From the NCBI GenBank assembly GCA_965277805.1, contig OZ255842.1, positions 3,840,001-3,904,000 on the forward strand: a stretch of DNA of 64,000 nucleotides, read 5' to 3'. The notes under the pieces are model-generated. The model worked only from the letters and a program-made list of their open reading frames with translations, did not search any database and was not told where the DNA came from. Within the stretch, counting starts at the first letter, position 1. Every line of letters starts with the position of its first letter. A program made the position numbers and the translations under genes. Source of the DNA: Candidatus Lustribacter sp. (lineage in GTDB: Bacteria > Vulcanimicrobiota > Vulcanimicrobiia > Vulcanimicrobiales > Vulcanimicrobiaceae). This document shows, piece after piece, positions 19,416 through 34,730 of the stretch.

Positions 19416-20216
19416 GTCGACCGGCCGCGCGCTGATGCGCCAGGTGGCCGGCGGCACGCCGTGCGCGCGGCGAAACGCGCGCGAGAAGTACGCCGGATCG
19501 TCGTAGCCGCACATCATGCCGATTTCCGCCACCGGCAAGTCGGTGTGTTCGAGCGCCCGGCGCGCTCGCGCCATGCGCATCTCGGCAATCCAGCCCCCGA
19601 GCGGACGGCCGGTATGCAAGCGCGTCAAGTCGTTGAGGTAGTTCGCCGTGTAACCCACATCGCCGGCCAAACGCTCGAGCGTCAACGGTTCGGCCATGTG
19701 CGACCAGATCGACGCGAAGACATGCTGCAGCGTCGTGCGCGTACCGTTGGCTTCTTGCTGCCACACGTACGGCGATACGGCGCGTTGCAAACTCCGGATA
19801 TCGTCGAAGCCGAAACGTCCGGCTTGAACGCGGTCCGCCTCTTCAGCCATGCGCTCGCGCCAGCGCCGGCCTTCCGACGGCGCGAGTTTGCGCTCGAACG
19901 ACGGGCGGTAACCGTGCGGATCGTCGGGCGACGCCACCGGTTGACGCGTCGCGAGCACGTACATCTCGCGCTCGTCGCCGAGCTGGCAGGCGAACGAACC
20001 CGCCGGTACCGTCAACAGCGTGTTTGGTCCCAGAACGCCGCTACGGCCGCTCGTGCGATACCAGCCTTCGCCGCGCGCCACGAACACGACGAGGTCGTGG
20101 CCCACGATCAGCTCGGTGCCAGTTTTCGAATGCTCAGTCACTTCGTCGGAAATTATTGCCGAAGCAGCGACCGCATCGGGACGCATGATCACGATCCGGC
20201 CGTCGGTCGAGTCCAT
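19320..20216 (-). CDS. AraC family transcriptional regulator (start approximate)
   Basis: C-terminal double HTH: LTLERLAGDVG..RMARARRALE..GYDDPAYFSRAFRR..GVPP. Confidence 0.88.
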   Translation of the reverse strand: MDSTDGRIVIMRPDAVAASAIISDEVTEHSKTGTELIVGHDLVVFVARGEGWYRTSGRSGVLGPNTLLTVPAGSFACQLGDEREMYVLATRQPVASPDDPHGYRPSFERKLAPSEGRRWRERMAEEADRVQAGRFGFDDIRSLQRAVSPYVWQQEANGTRTTLQHVFASIWSHMAEPLTLERLAGDVGYTANYLNDLTRLHTGRPLGGWIAEMRMARARRALEHTDLPVAEIGMMCGYDDPAYFSRAFRRAHGVPPATWRISARPVDSRYADVTIPLDVLHEIETLRMLPQRSYSFAS

Positions 20217-20354
20217 GCACCCTAGTACCGTCCAAGCGCACGAAAAGTGTCGCTCTCCCATAAGAAAATCCGTGGATTGTCCAAGCCTGGTGTGCGATGT
20301 CTCATCCGTGATCCGTCCTACCGCCTCCAAAACGCGCACCGTAGTATCTCTCTC

Positions 20355-21871
20355 ATGGATACGCGAACGGATGTCGTCGAATACGGATTGCGGCGCTGGA
20401 TCATCGTCCTCGGCGTGATGTTCGCGCCGTTGATGGAGACGATCGACTCATCGATCGTCAACGTCGCGCTGCCGACGATTCAGGGCAATCTCGGCGCGAC
20501 GCTCGACGAAGCGGCCTGGGTGATCACCGGCTATCTCGTGGCCAACGTGATCGTCATTCCGCTGACGCCGTGGCTGCAAACGCGCTTCGGGCGGCGGCAA
20601 TACTTCACCGCCACCGTCATCGGTTTCACGCTCGCCTCCGCGCTCTGCGGCATGTCCGGGTCGATCGAAATGCTGATCGTGCTGCGCATCGTGCAGGGAC
20701 TCTTCGGCGGCGGCTTGATCGCGACGGCGCAAGCGACGCTGCGCGACACGTTCACCGTTGCGGAAGTCGGTTTGAGCCAAGGCATTTTCGCCGTGATCAT
20801 CCTCGTCGGCCCGATCATCGCGCCGATGCTCGGCGGCTATCTCGTCGATGCTGCTTCGTGGCAGTGGATCTTCTTCATCAACATCGTGCCGGGCGCGATC
20901 TCGGCGCTCATCGTCGGCACGATGCTGCGCAATCCCACCGAACCCGAAGGCGCAAGCGTCGATACCGGCGGCATCGTGCTGCTCACGGTCGCCCTCGGCG
21001 GCTTGCAGTTCATGCTCGAAGAGGGCGAACGCCGCGATTGGTTCGATAGCGCGAGCATCGGCATCGCGGCGGCGATGGCGGCGATCGGTGGCGTCGCGTT
21101 CGTGCTCTGGGAGTTGTTCGGCACCCGCAACCCGATCGTCGACTTGCGCATTCTGCGCTACCGCACGGTCGCGGTCGGCGTAATGCTCGCGGCGGGCATT
21201 GCGGCCACGCTCTTCGCCACGACCTTCGTGCTGCCGCAATACGCGCAAGGCGTGCTCGGCTTCACGGCATTCGACAGCGGCGAACTCGTGCTGTTCCGGG
21301 CGCTGCCCATCATGCTGATCGCGCCGGTCGTGGCGGGGCTCGTCGGCGCCGGCCGCGTCGACGTCCGCGCCGCAATGGCCACCGGCTATCTGCTCACCGC
21401 GATCGGATCGTTCCTGATCGCCGGCATCACGACGAGCTCGACCTCGTTCACGCAACTGCTGCCGGGACTCGTCATCGGCGGCCTCGGCACGGCGATGCTC
21501 TTCATCCCGCTCTTGATCGCGGTCCAGACATCAACGTCGGCCGAAGATGCGCCGAAGGCGAGCTCGTTCATCACGCTGGCCTTCCAGCTCGGCGGCTCGG
21601 TCGCAAGCGCGATACTGGTGACGCTGATCGATCGCCGCACCGATTTCCACGCTGCTATCATCGATGGAAACCTCGGGCTGGATCACCCCGCGGTACGCAG
21701 CGCGATGCAGGCGATCTCGCCCTCGCAATTGGCCGCACTTGCGATGGCGCAAGCCCAAACGCTCGCCTTCGCCGACGTGGCTTACGCCGCCGCCGCCATC
21801 GCTGCGATCATGATCCCGATCGTCTTTTTCTTACAACGCTCACGCCATGCCATCACGGAAATATCGTTCGA

Positions 21872-21875
<4 letters not shown>
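20355..21875 (+). CDS. EmrB/QacA (DHA2) MFS efflux permease
   Basis: IDSSIVNVALP, WVITGYLVA, RFGRR, GPIIAPMLGG, WQWIFFINIVPG. Confidence 0.93.
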
Positions 21876-24544
<2,669 letters not shown>

Positions 24545-24558
24545 TTGGGTTCTCTTCG

Positions 24559-27540
<2,982 letters not shown>

Positions 27541-27564
27541 ATCTCTGTTGAACCCGGACCGGGC

Positions 27565-28311
27565 TTAAATCGTTGCTGAGGGCGGCGGCGGGGGTACCCC
27601 GGGACGCAGGACGAGGTACTCGCCGACCACGACCAGGACGGCGTAGGCGACGACGAGCTGCGAGATGATCGCGGCGATGACCGGGCCGAGCAGCGGCGCG
27701 AACGAGAAGACGTGCGCGATCAACTTACCGATCAGCTGCAAGATGCCGAGCAAAATACCGATGATCAGCGTCGTGCCGAAACGCGAGCGAGCGATCGCAT
27801 ACGATTCGCGCAGGGCGTTCAGGCCGCGCCGGTTGCCGACGACGGCCGCCGCGATCGTGTACAGCGTGAACAGATAGAAGGCGAAGATCGACAGCAAGAA
27901 CGTGAACGGCGCGAGCAGCACCGCGACGATGCCGAACACGAACAGCCAGACCGCGGCAGTCAGCACATTCCCGGCATCTTCGTTCACCGCGCGGGTGCCG
28001 TCCGCCAGCGTGGTCACGCCGCGCTGCCACGCCGCGCCGGCCATCCCGGCCGTGTAACACTGCGTGACGATGTAGCCCGCAATCGCGATGACGGCTACGA
28101 AGACGCCCGACACGAAAGCGCCCAGCCCGTACGCGAAGGAGACGGCGGCGCCGCTCGGCTCGCCGTACGTATCGGGCGTGTTGAGCGCGTAGACCCCGGT
28201 GACGAGCCCGACCACCAGGCCCACGACGATGCCGGGGACGATGATCACCCAATTCCGCGTGAGCAGCTCCCAGGCGCGGGCAAAAACGTTCTCGACGGTC
28301 GGAACCTGCAC
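27565..28311 (-). CDS. Multi-pass membrane protein of unknown function
   Basis: GTG at 28311 with GAGGAG RBS; about 6 hydrophobic segments. Confidence 0.75.
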   Translation of the reverse strand: MQVPTVENVFARAWELLTRNWVIIVPGIVVGLVVGLVTGVYALNTPDTYGEPSGAAVSFAYGLGAFVSGVFVAVIAIAGYIVTQCYTAGMAGAAWQRGVTTLADGTRAVNEDAGNVLTAAVWLFVFGIVAVLLAPFTFLLSIFAFYLFTLYTIAAAVVGNRRGLNALRESYAIARSRFGTTLIIGILLGILQLIGKLIAHVFSFAPLLGPVIAAIISQLVVAYAVLVVVGEYLVLRPGVPPPPPSATI

Positions 28312-28335
28312 GGCGTTCTCCTCGTGAGCGACACT

Positions 28336-28363
28336 TGTCATCCCGAGCTTGTCGAGGGACCGC
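28336..28363 (+). repeat. 28-bp palindromic REP-like element, copy 1 (intergenic)
   Basis: TGTCATCCCGAGCTTGTCGAGGGACCGC; exact reverse-complement copies at 31220 and 44856. Confidence 0.9.
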
Positions 28364-28377
28364 CACAATCATTCCGA

Positions 28378-29127
28378 TTACGGAGAGGACACCCCTTGCG
28401 CGTCGCCCAGCGGCAGCACGTCGAGGACGCCGGCGATGTCGTTCACGACGGCGTCGGGCGGCCGGGCGCCCTCGGGGAGCGGGATCGCGTGGACGTCGAC
28501 CAGGACCGTGAACAGGCCGACCTCGGCGGCGCCGATGATGTCGCGATCGTAGCGGTCGCCCACCATCGCCGTGCGCGCCGGCTCGGTCCCGAGCGTGCGG
28601 CACGCGAGGCGAAAGATCTCCGGGTCCGGCTTGACCATCCCCATCTCGTCGGCCAGGAACAGCGCGTCGACGTGCAAGCGCAAACCAACGCGGTCGACCT
28701 TCTCGTTGTGCGTGGCGGCGAAGCCGTTGGTCACGATCCCGATCTTGCAGCCGTGCGCGCGCAGCGCGAGCACGAGGTCGAGGGCGCCGGGAAACAGTTC
28801 GAGGTTGCCCGCGCGATAACGCGTGTAGCGCTCGCCGCAACGTTCCGCAAGTTCCGCATCGAGCGGCACGCCGCTTGCGACCAGCGCATCGCTCCACAAC
28901 TGCGCGCGCGCATCGTGGATCGGCATCGTCAGATGTTCTTGCGAGAGCTTCTTCCAGAAACCGTTCGCTTGCAGAACGTACTCGCGAAAGAGCCGCTCGG
29001 CGTCGACGCCGCGTTCGGCCGCGACTTCCTCAGCAACGCGGCGCGCGGCGCGTTTGTACGCGTTCGAATCGTCGAGCAGCGTGTCGTCGAGGTCGAAGAG
29101 GACGGTGTCGATCGTGCGCTGGTGCAT
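28378..29127 (-). CDS. HAD-superfamily hydrolase (YjjG/nucleotidase-like)
   Basis: FDLDDTL, VTNG, KPDPEIF, MVGDRYDRDI. Confidence 0.92.
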   Translation of the reverse strand: MHQRTIDTVLFDLDDTLLDDSNAYKRAARRVAEEVAAERGVDAERLFREYVLQANGFWKKLSQEHLTMPIHDARAQLWSDALVASGVPLDAELAERCGERYTRYRAGNLELFPGALDLVLALRAHGCKIGIVTNGFAATHNEKVDRVGLRLHVDALFLADEMGMVKPDPEIFRLACRTLGTEPARTAMVGDRYDRDIIGAAEVGLFTVLVDVHAIPLPEGARPPDAVVNDIAGVLDVLPLGDAQGVSSP

Positions 29128-29128
29128 C

Positions 29129-31582
29129 TTACGGATGGACGCGGAACGTGCGCAGGGCGAAGGCGGGTAACACGAAGCTCAGCAGTTCGCCGTCGACGCG
29201 CGCCTCGCCCGCGACCGGGCGTTCGCACGCATCGACCGGGCTCGCCGTGCGCATGCGCCCGCCGCAGCGCAGCTCGACGCGCCGTCCCTCGCCGTCGCAC
29301 TCGCGCACGCGCACGATGATGCCGTCGCCGTCGTCGGCCGGTTTCGTCGCGACGACGAGAACGGCTGGATCGTCGCAGGTGAACAAGCGCACGCGTTCCG
29401 GTTCGGCGTAGTCGCGCCACGCGGCCTCGAGAGCGCCGATCGTCGCACCCGCGGTCGGCGTGAGCGCGTAGGCGATGTGATGCTCGCCGCGATCGGCCTG
29501 CGGATCGGGCCACTGGGGCGAACGCAACAGCGAGGTGCCGATGCGCACGCCGCCGTGACGCAGTGCGAACGCACTCCACCCATAGGTGTCGGGCGCGAGG
29601 ATCGCCACGCCGGCCTCGCCGTCGGTGGCGTGCACCCAGCGCTGCGCCGGCACCTCGAAGCGCGCGCGCTCGGCCGGCGTGCGCGGCTTGGCCGTGCGCG
29701 CGAGCGAGCCGTGCGGCATGCCGAAGCGCACCTCGTCGGTGCGCACGGCGAAGCGGTGTTCCGCGCGCAGGATGCGGTGCTTTGCTTGCCAGCCCACGTT
29801 GAGCTCGATCCGCAAATACGGTTCGCCGGCGCCCAGCGCGATGCGCATCGCAATTGCGGTACCGTCGCCGTTCAGCTTCACGATCAGCGTGTCGTCTTCG
29901 ATCGACGCGCCGGCCGGTTTCAGCTTTTTGGGATGCCGCTCGTAGGACGCATCGAGGTTCCAAGCATCGTAGGTGCGCGGCTTGTCGACGTAAAGCATCA
30001 GCCCGTTCGCGATCGCGGCGAGGTTGCGGCCGTCGACGCCGGAGAGCTCGGTCACGGTGCCGTCGCGGCGCACGCGCGCGCGGACGTAATCGTTGGCGAA
30101 CACGTAGGTATCGCCGTCGGCGACCGGCGCGACCGGAGCCGCCGGCGCGAGCACGACGTCGGAGCGCGGCAGGATCGAACGTGCCGCGGCGGCGACGCGT
30201 TCGACGATCCGTTCAGCGCGCTCGTATTCGTGCAGCACCTCGGCGTAGGCCGCGCCGATCGCGCTGCCGGCCATCACGTCGTGGAACTGATTGCGCAGCA
30301 CGAGCGTCCAGGCGGTGCGCAGATCGTCGAGCAGCGGCGCGATCGCGCTCGCCGGCGCGCGCACGCCGATGCACCACGCGCACAGTTCTTCGGCTTCGCC
30401 CAGCGCCCGCTCCAGCGCGGCGTTGCGCGACTTGACGTCGCGGTGCGTCGTGTACGTGCCGCGATGGGTCTCGAGGTAGAGCTCGCCGCGGTACTGCGGC
30501 AGCGTGCGCCGGTCGACGGCGGCGAACCAGTCCGCCACGCTCTCCCACGGCCGCTCGTTCTGCGGCACGTCCGCGATCTCGCGGTCGGTCACGCCGCCGC
30601 CGCCGTCGCCGTAACCGTGCACGAGGATCTCGTTGCGATCGCGCGCGATGGCTTGCCGCGCCGGCGTCGCTTCGCCCTCGTATTTGTCGATCACGGCCGA
30701 GACCATATGCGAGCCGTCGTCGCCGTACCAGGCGAATTGCGGATACGGCCAGCGCGTTGTCTCATTCCATTGCAGTTTGGTCGTGGCGAAGAAGTGCAAG
30801 CCCGCGTGCGTTGCGAGCAGCGGCAACGTGTTCGGAAACCCGAACGTGTCGGGCAGCCACACGACATCCGGCACGGTGCCGAGCTTCGCAGTCGTGTAGC
30901 GCACGCCGTAAGCGAATTGGCGCAAGATCGATTCGCCCGACGGGGCGTGCAGATCCGGCTCGACCCACATCGTTGCCACGCTCGCATCCCAGCCACGCCC
31001 GACGCGCTCGCGCACCCGCGCGAACAAATCCGGATCGTCCGCTTCCACCCACGCATAGAGCTGCGGCTGGCTCTGCGCGTACACGTAGCGCTCGTCGATC
31101 GTCATCTGCCGCAGTGCGGTCGCAAAGGTGCGCAGCGCCTTTCGCCGCGCGTCCGCATACGTCCACAACCACGCGAGATCGAGATGCGCGTGGCCGACCA
31201 TCGGAACGCCACGATGCTCGCGGTCCCTCGACAAGCTCGGGATGACATGAGGGATCGACTCGACGTGCAGCGTTTCGTGCGGCTTCTGTTCGGCGCGGGC
31301 AAGCATCCAACGCCAGCGCAAGCCGTCGCCGGCGGGGAGGCCCGCGATCGGCAGCGACCGCCGCTCGACGGTCAGCGTTAGCTCGTGCGAACCGTCGATC
31401 GACGGCAGATCGATCGTGGTATGTTTCCCGTCGAACGCCCCCGCAATCGCACCGTCGATGCGCAACAAAGCGCCCGTGCGCGTGGGATAGCTCATCCGCA
31501 ACGCCCGGCCGTCGAACGCGAACGTGGCGCGCAGCGTGACGGTACGCTCGTCGGCAGCGCACCGCTCGAGGCGCACGCGCAT
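29129..31582 (-). CDS. Alpha-mannosidase (GH38)
   Basis: GHAHLD.AW, WLPDTFG, GYGDGGGG, YRGELYLE.HRGTYT, NQFHD; ATG at 31582. Confidence 0.92.
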   Translation of the reverse strand: MRVRLERCAADERTVTLRATFAFDGRALRMSYPTRTGALLRIDGAIAGAFDGKHTTIDLPSIDGSHELTLTVERRSLPIAGLPAGDGLRWRWMLARAEQKPHETLHVESIPHVIPSLSRDREHRGVPMVGHAHLDLAWLWTYADARRKALRTFATALRQMTIDERYVYAQSQPQLYAWVEADDPDLFARVRERVGRGWDASVATMWVEPDLHAPSGESILRQFAYGVRYTTAKLGTVPDVVWLPDTFGFPNTLPLLATHAGLHFFATTKLQWNETTRWPYPQFAWYGDDGSHMVSAVIDKYEGEATPARQAIARDRNEILVHGYGDGGGGVTDREIADVPQNERPWESVADWFAAVDRRTLPQYRGELYLETHRGTYTTHRDVKSRNAALERALGEAEELCAWCIGVRAPASAIAPLLDDLRTAWTLVLRNQFHDVMAGSAIGAAYAEVLHEYERAERIVERVAAAARSILPRSDVVLAPAAPVAPVADGDTYVFANDYVRARVRRDGTVTELSGVDGRNLAAIANGLMLYVDKPRTYDAWNLDASYERHPKKLKPAGASIEDDTLIVKLNGDGTAIAMRIALGAGEPYLRIELNVGWQAKHRILRAEHRFAVRTDEVRFGMPHGSLARTAKPRTPAERARFEVPAQRWVHATDGEAGVAILAPDTYGWSAFALRHGGVRIGTSLLRSPQWPDPQADRGEHHIAYALTPTAGATIGALEAAWRDYAEPERVRLFTCDDPAVLVVATKPADDGDGIIVRVRECDGEGRRVELRCGGRMRTASPVDACERPVAGEARVDGELLSFVLPAFALRTFRVHP
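31220..31247 (-). repeat. 28-bp REP-like element, copy 2 (inside GH38 CDS, encodes VIPSLSRDR)
   Basis: GCGGTCCCTCGACAAGCTCGGGATGACA on + strand; identical to copy 1. Confidence 0.9.
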
Positions 31583-31584
31583 CG

Positions 31585-32004
31585 TTAGAACGTCTTTTGC
31601 AGGCTGTCGTTCGAGCGGGAGCAGTTGTTGCGTTTCGCGTGCTGCTTGTCGTCGAGGACATAGCGCACGAGCACCATCACCGGATCGGTCCGTTGCGAGG
31701 TGGCACGGAAGATACGGAACTGCAGCGGATACGCCACGCCCGCCGCGAGCGCCGGCAACGGCTGCTCCGCGACCACGTTGCCGTCGCGCAACAGTTCGGC
31801 ATGCTGGGCCGTGTGCGGCTGTTGCGACTCGACGCCGATGTTCGAGAACACGCCGGTGATCAGTAGGCGGTCGGCAGTTGCCGCGCGCACGGAACCTTTT
31901 ACCACCTTGATCTGCAGATCGGTGACGGAAATATCGCTGCCCGGGCACGGCGCCGGTGACGGGGTCGCCATGGCGAGCACACCGGCCAGAAAAACCGCGA
32001 TCAT
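31585..32004 (-). CDS. Secreted hypothetical protein (Ig/CARDB-like)
   Basis: Signal peptide, SDISVTDL..F.NIG..LPALAAG pattern, N- and C-terminal Cys. Confidence 0.65.
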   Translation of the reverse strand: MIAVFLAGVLAMATPSPAPCPGSDISVTDLQIKVVKGSVRAATADRLLITGVFSNIGVESQQPHTAQHAELLRDGNVVAEQPLPALAAGVAYPLQFRIFRATSQRTDPVMVLVRYVLDDKQHAKRNNCSRSNDSLQKTF

Positions 32005-32043
32005 ACCCGCGTTGTTAGCCCAACGCGGCTTGTTGGCCCCCTC

Positions 32044-32763
32044 TTACGGGGTGGCAAGTACGGCGAAGGATGCGAGGCCTGCGGCCCGGTCTATGCGGCG
32101 GCGCGGCAGGGTGTACGGTGCGGCGAGCGAGGTGACGACGCCGGGCCGCTCGGTGAGGGCCGCCTTCATCCCGGCGCGCTGCATCAGGGTGAGCGTCGCC
32201 GCATTCCACCGGCCGGCCGGGTACGCGTAGGTCGTCGGCCGTGCCAGGTACCGCGAGAGCGCCGTCACGCAGGCGGACACCTCGTGCGCCGCCGCCTGCG
32301 CGCTCACCCGCGAGAGGTCGAGGTGGTGCGTGCCGTGGCAACCGATCTCCATGCCGTTCGCGCGCATCATGCGCAGCTGTTTCCAACCGGCGTGCTTGGC
32401 GTCGCCCACGAAACCCGCGCTGATGTAGAAGCTCGCGCGATCGCCGTACTTACGCAAGAGCGGCGTGACGACCGTGGCGCCGTCGGTGTACCCGTCATCG
32501 AAGGTGAGGACGACCGCGTTGCGCGGATGCTGACCGCGGCGCAGCGCGTCGGCCAAATCGTTCATCGTGATCGTCCGGATCGAATGCGCGCGCAGCCACG
32601 CGAGCTGCGCTTCGAATGCCGACGGCTCGAGCGTCAGCGACTTTCCGACCGCGCCCGGCGGCGTGCGCGGGTCGACCATGTGATACATCAGCACCGGTAC
32701 CCCCGCGACGGGCGCGGCAGCGATGGTGCCGGCGAGGATCGCGAGCAGGCAAACGAGACGCAT
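32044..32763 (-). CDS. Polysaccharide deacetylase (CE4), secreted
   Basis: VPVLMYH, LTFDDG, HGTHH, AYPAG. Confidence 0.92.
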   Translation of the reverse strand: MRLVCLLAILAGTIAAAPVAGVPVLMYHMVDPRTPPGAVGKSLTLEPSAFEAQLAWLRAHSIRTITMNDLADALRRGQHPRNAVVLTFDDGYTDGATVVTPLLRKYGDRASFYISAGFVGDAKHAGWKQLRMMRANGMEIGCHGTHHLDLSRVSAQAAAHEVSACVTALSRYLARPTTYAYPAGRWNAATLTLMQRAGMKAALTERPGVVTSLAAPYTLPRRRIDRAAGLASFAVLATP

Positions 32764-34730
32764 CAAGAACCCCCGGGAACGATAACCGCAAGCGCGCGGA
32801 AGCGCAACGTTCCGGCCGCGTGCACCGGTGCCCCGCCGAGCGACGGAACGACGTATACCGACGTTAACCTTACGGGCGGATTGAGATCGGGCGGCAGCGC
32901 GATCGCGATACGCCGCCAGCCGGTCCAGTCGACGTTCTTGGCCAGCGTGAGCAGCGATTTCTCGCCGTAACGATTGACGAACGACGCGCGCAGCGGCACG
33001 CCGTTGCCGTCGCCGAAGACCTCGAGCGTGAACCGCACCGGTTCGCCGGGCAGCGGTATCACGACGTTCGCATACGCCGCCCGCGCGCTGCCGGTAAAAT
33101 CATACGCGAGCGCCGTTTCCGGATACGCCGGAACGGTGACGGTGTGGTTGCCGACGCGAATGGGCGTCGTCGCCGTCACCGCGCCGAGCGTCGCGGTAGC
33201 AATTGCGTCGCCGGCTTGCGTGTCGTACACGACGCGCGGCCCGCTCGCCGTTTGCGCGCCGAGCATCCAGCGCACGGGCGCGTCGCCGAGCACGATCGGC
33301 GCCCCGCGTTCGTCGGCAGCGGTAACGGTCAGCGGGAGCTGAACGCCGCGCGCGGGATTCGGACGATCGGGCGCGATCGCAAGCGACGTGACGTGGTCGA
33401 CCGTACGATACGCAACCTGGGCCGTCAACGTGCTGCCGCGTTCGCGCACGACCGCGACGTGCGCGCCCAGCGCGGGATCCGCTATCAGCGGCGCAACGTC
33501 GGCAGCGCGCATGCGATGATCGCCGTCATCGACGATCGCGCCGCGCAACGCGACGGCGGCGCCGCGATACGCGATGAACGACGACGGTCGCACGACGAGA
33601 TGCGGATGCGCGCCGATCGGCGCGTCGCTGTACGCCAGCAGCGCATCGGCGACCGGGCGTTCGCGTCCGTCGCTCGGATCGTTGACCACGGCCGGCGCAG
33701 CCTCGCCGAGCGGGCGCGCCACGAGCGTGGCCGAACCGCCGGAATCGAACGCGAGGCCGTCGGTCGCGCCGAAGCCGCGCATCAACGCGCCGAACTCCGG
33801 TCGCGTGAGCCCGACCGACACCGCCGCGTTGCGTCCGTCGGCCACGATCAGCAGCAGCGTACCGTCAGGTTCAAGCGCGGCGCCGGCAACCGGAAAGCGC
33901 ACGTTGCTCTCCTCGGGCGCCGGACTGTACGGATCGACGATCGCAGCGCCGTGCGCAACGAGCAGCGGACCGCCGCCGACGGCAGCTCGCAACTGCTCCG
34001 CCGCGGGCGTCGTGTCGAACGCGAGCGTCACCGTGTCGCCGACGTTCGGCAACGGCCCCAGCGCTTGCGCCGCGGGACCGAAACCGAGCAGCGCACCGGT
34101 GACCGGCCCCGCCGGCGGCGCGCCGACCGCGCTGACGCGATACGTTCCGGGCGATCCGGCCGGCGTATCGACCGGATCGAGCGTCGCGGCGATGACGTTC
34201 GGCCTTGCGCTGAGCGTGCCGTAGGCGGGCGTGAGCAGCGCCGCACCGCCTTGCGGCGGCCACTCGTTGACGCCGGTGAGCGGCAGCTGCGTCGCACCGT
34301 ACGCAACGGTGCCGGCAAAGCTCACGTAGCCGATGCCGACGTCGCCCGTGCTCGACACGTTGAGCGCGGCGCGCTTCGACGGCGTGCGCAGCAGCGCGCC
34401 GTCGCGCACGACGACGTTGAGCGGCTGGTTCGTGTTGCCGATGTCGAAGTAATCGGCGTTGACGCCGGCGACGGCCCCCGTGCGCACGGCCATCGACGAT
34501 ACGGTCTCACCGCTCGAGATCATGTGGTCGCGCGCGACCGCCGTTTCCAACCGCACCGCCGGATCGTGCGTGTCGATCGCGACGACGTGGATCACGAGCG
34601 GACCGGCGTTCGTCGTCAGGCGGTAATCGGCGCGCCGAATGCCCGGCGCAACATCTTCGGGCACCGACCACTGCGCCACGACGAGCGGAAACGGCGCCGG
34701 CGGCGCTAAGGTGACGGGCAGCGCGATCAC
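32763..34730 (-). CDS. Phosphodiester glycosidase (NAGPA/DUF2233) family protein
   Basis: AGVNADYF, AVGGGP, ADGR, FDSGGS, NDPSDG; C-terminal Ig-like and VDWTGWR carbohydrate-binding-like modules. Confidence 0.88.
   Translation of the reverse strand: MIALPVTLAPPAPFPLVVAQWSVPEDVAPGIRRADYRLTTNAGPLVIHVVAIDTHDPAVRLETAVARDHMISSGETVSSMAVRTGAVAGVNADYFDIGNTNQPLNVVVRDGALLRTPSKRAALNVSSTGDVGIGYVSFAGTVAYGATQLPLTGVNEWPPQGGAALLTPAYGTLSARPNVIAATLDPVDTPAGSPGTYRVSAVGAPPAGPVTGALLGFGPAAQALGPLPNVGDTVTLAFDTTPAAEQLRAAVGGGPLLVAHGAAIVDPYSPAPEESNVRFPVAGAALEPDGTLLLIVADGRNAAVSVGLTRPEFGALMRGFGATDGLAFDSGGSATLVARPLGEAAPAVVNDPSDGRERPVADALLAYSDAPIGAHPHLVVRPSSFIAYRGAAVALRGAIVDDGDHRMRAADVAPLIADPALGAHVAVVRERGSTLTAQVAYRTVDHVTSLAIAPDRPNPARGVQLPLTVTAADERGAPIVLGDAPVRWMLGAQTASGPRVVYDTQAGDAIATATLGAVTATTPIRVGNHTVTVPAYPETALAYDFTGSARAAYANVVIPLPGEPVRFTLEVFGDGNGVPLRASFVNRYGEKSLLTLAKNVDWTGWRRIAIALPPDLNPPVRLTSVYVVPSLGGAPVHAAGTLRFRALAVIVPGGS

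Noticed and set aside
27541-27564. LexA box upstream of uvrA (and uvrB at 49130-49256)
   Set aside because: No shared palindrome recognisable upstream of both genes.
29129-31948. 939-aa version of GH38 and other N-terminally over-extended ORFs (428-2107, 6608-7204, 7197-7964, 12919-14196, 14504-15151)
   Set aside because: The extensions overlap real upstream genes and are Arg/Pro-rich off-frame sequence.
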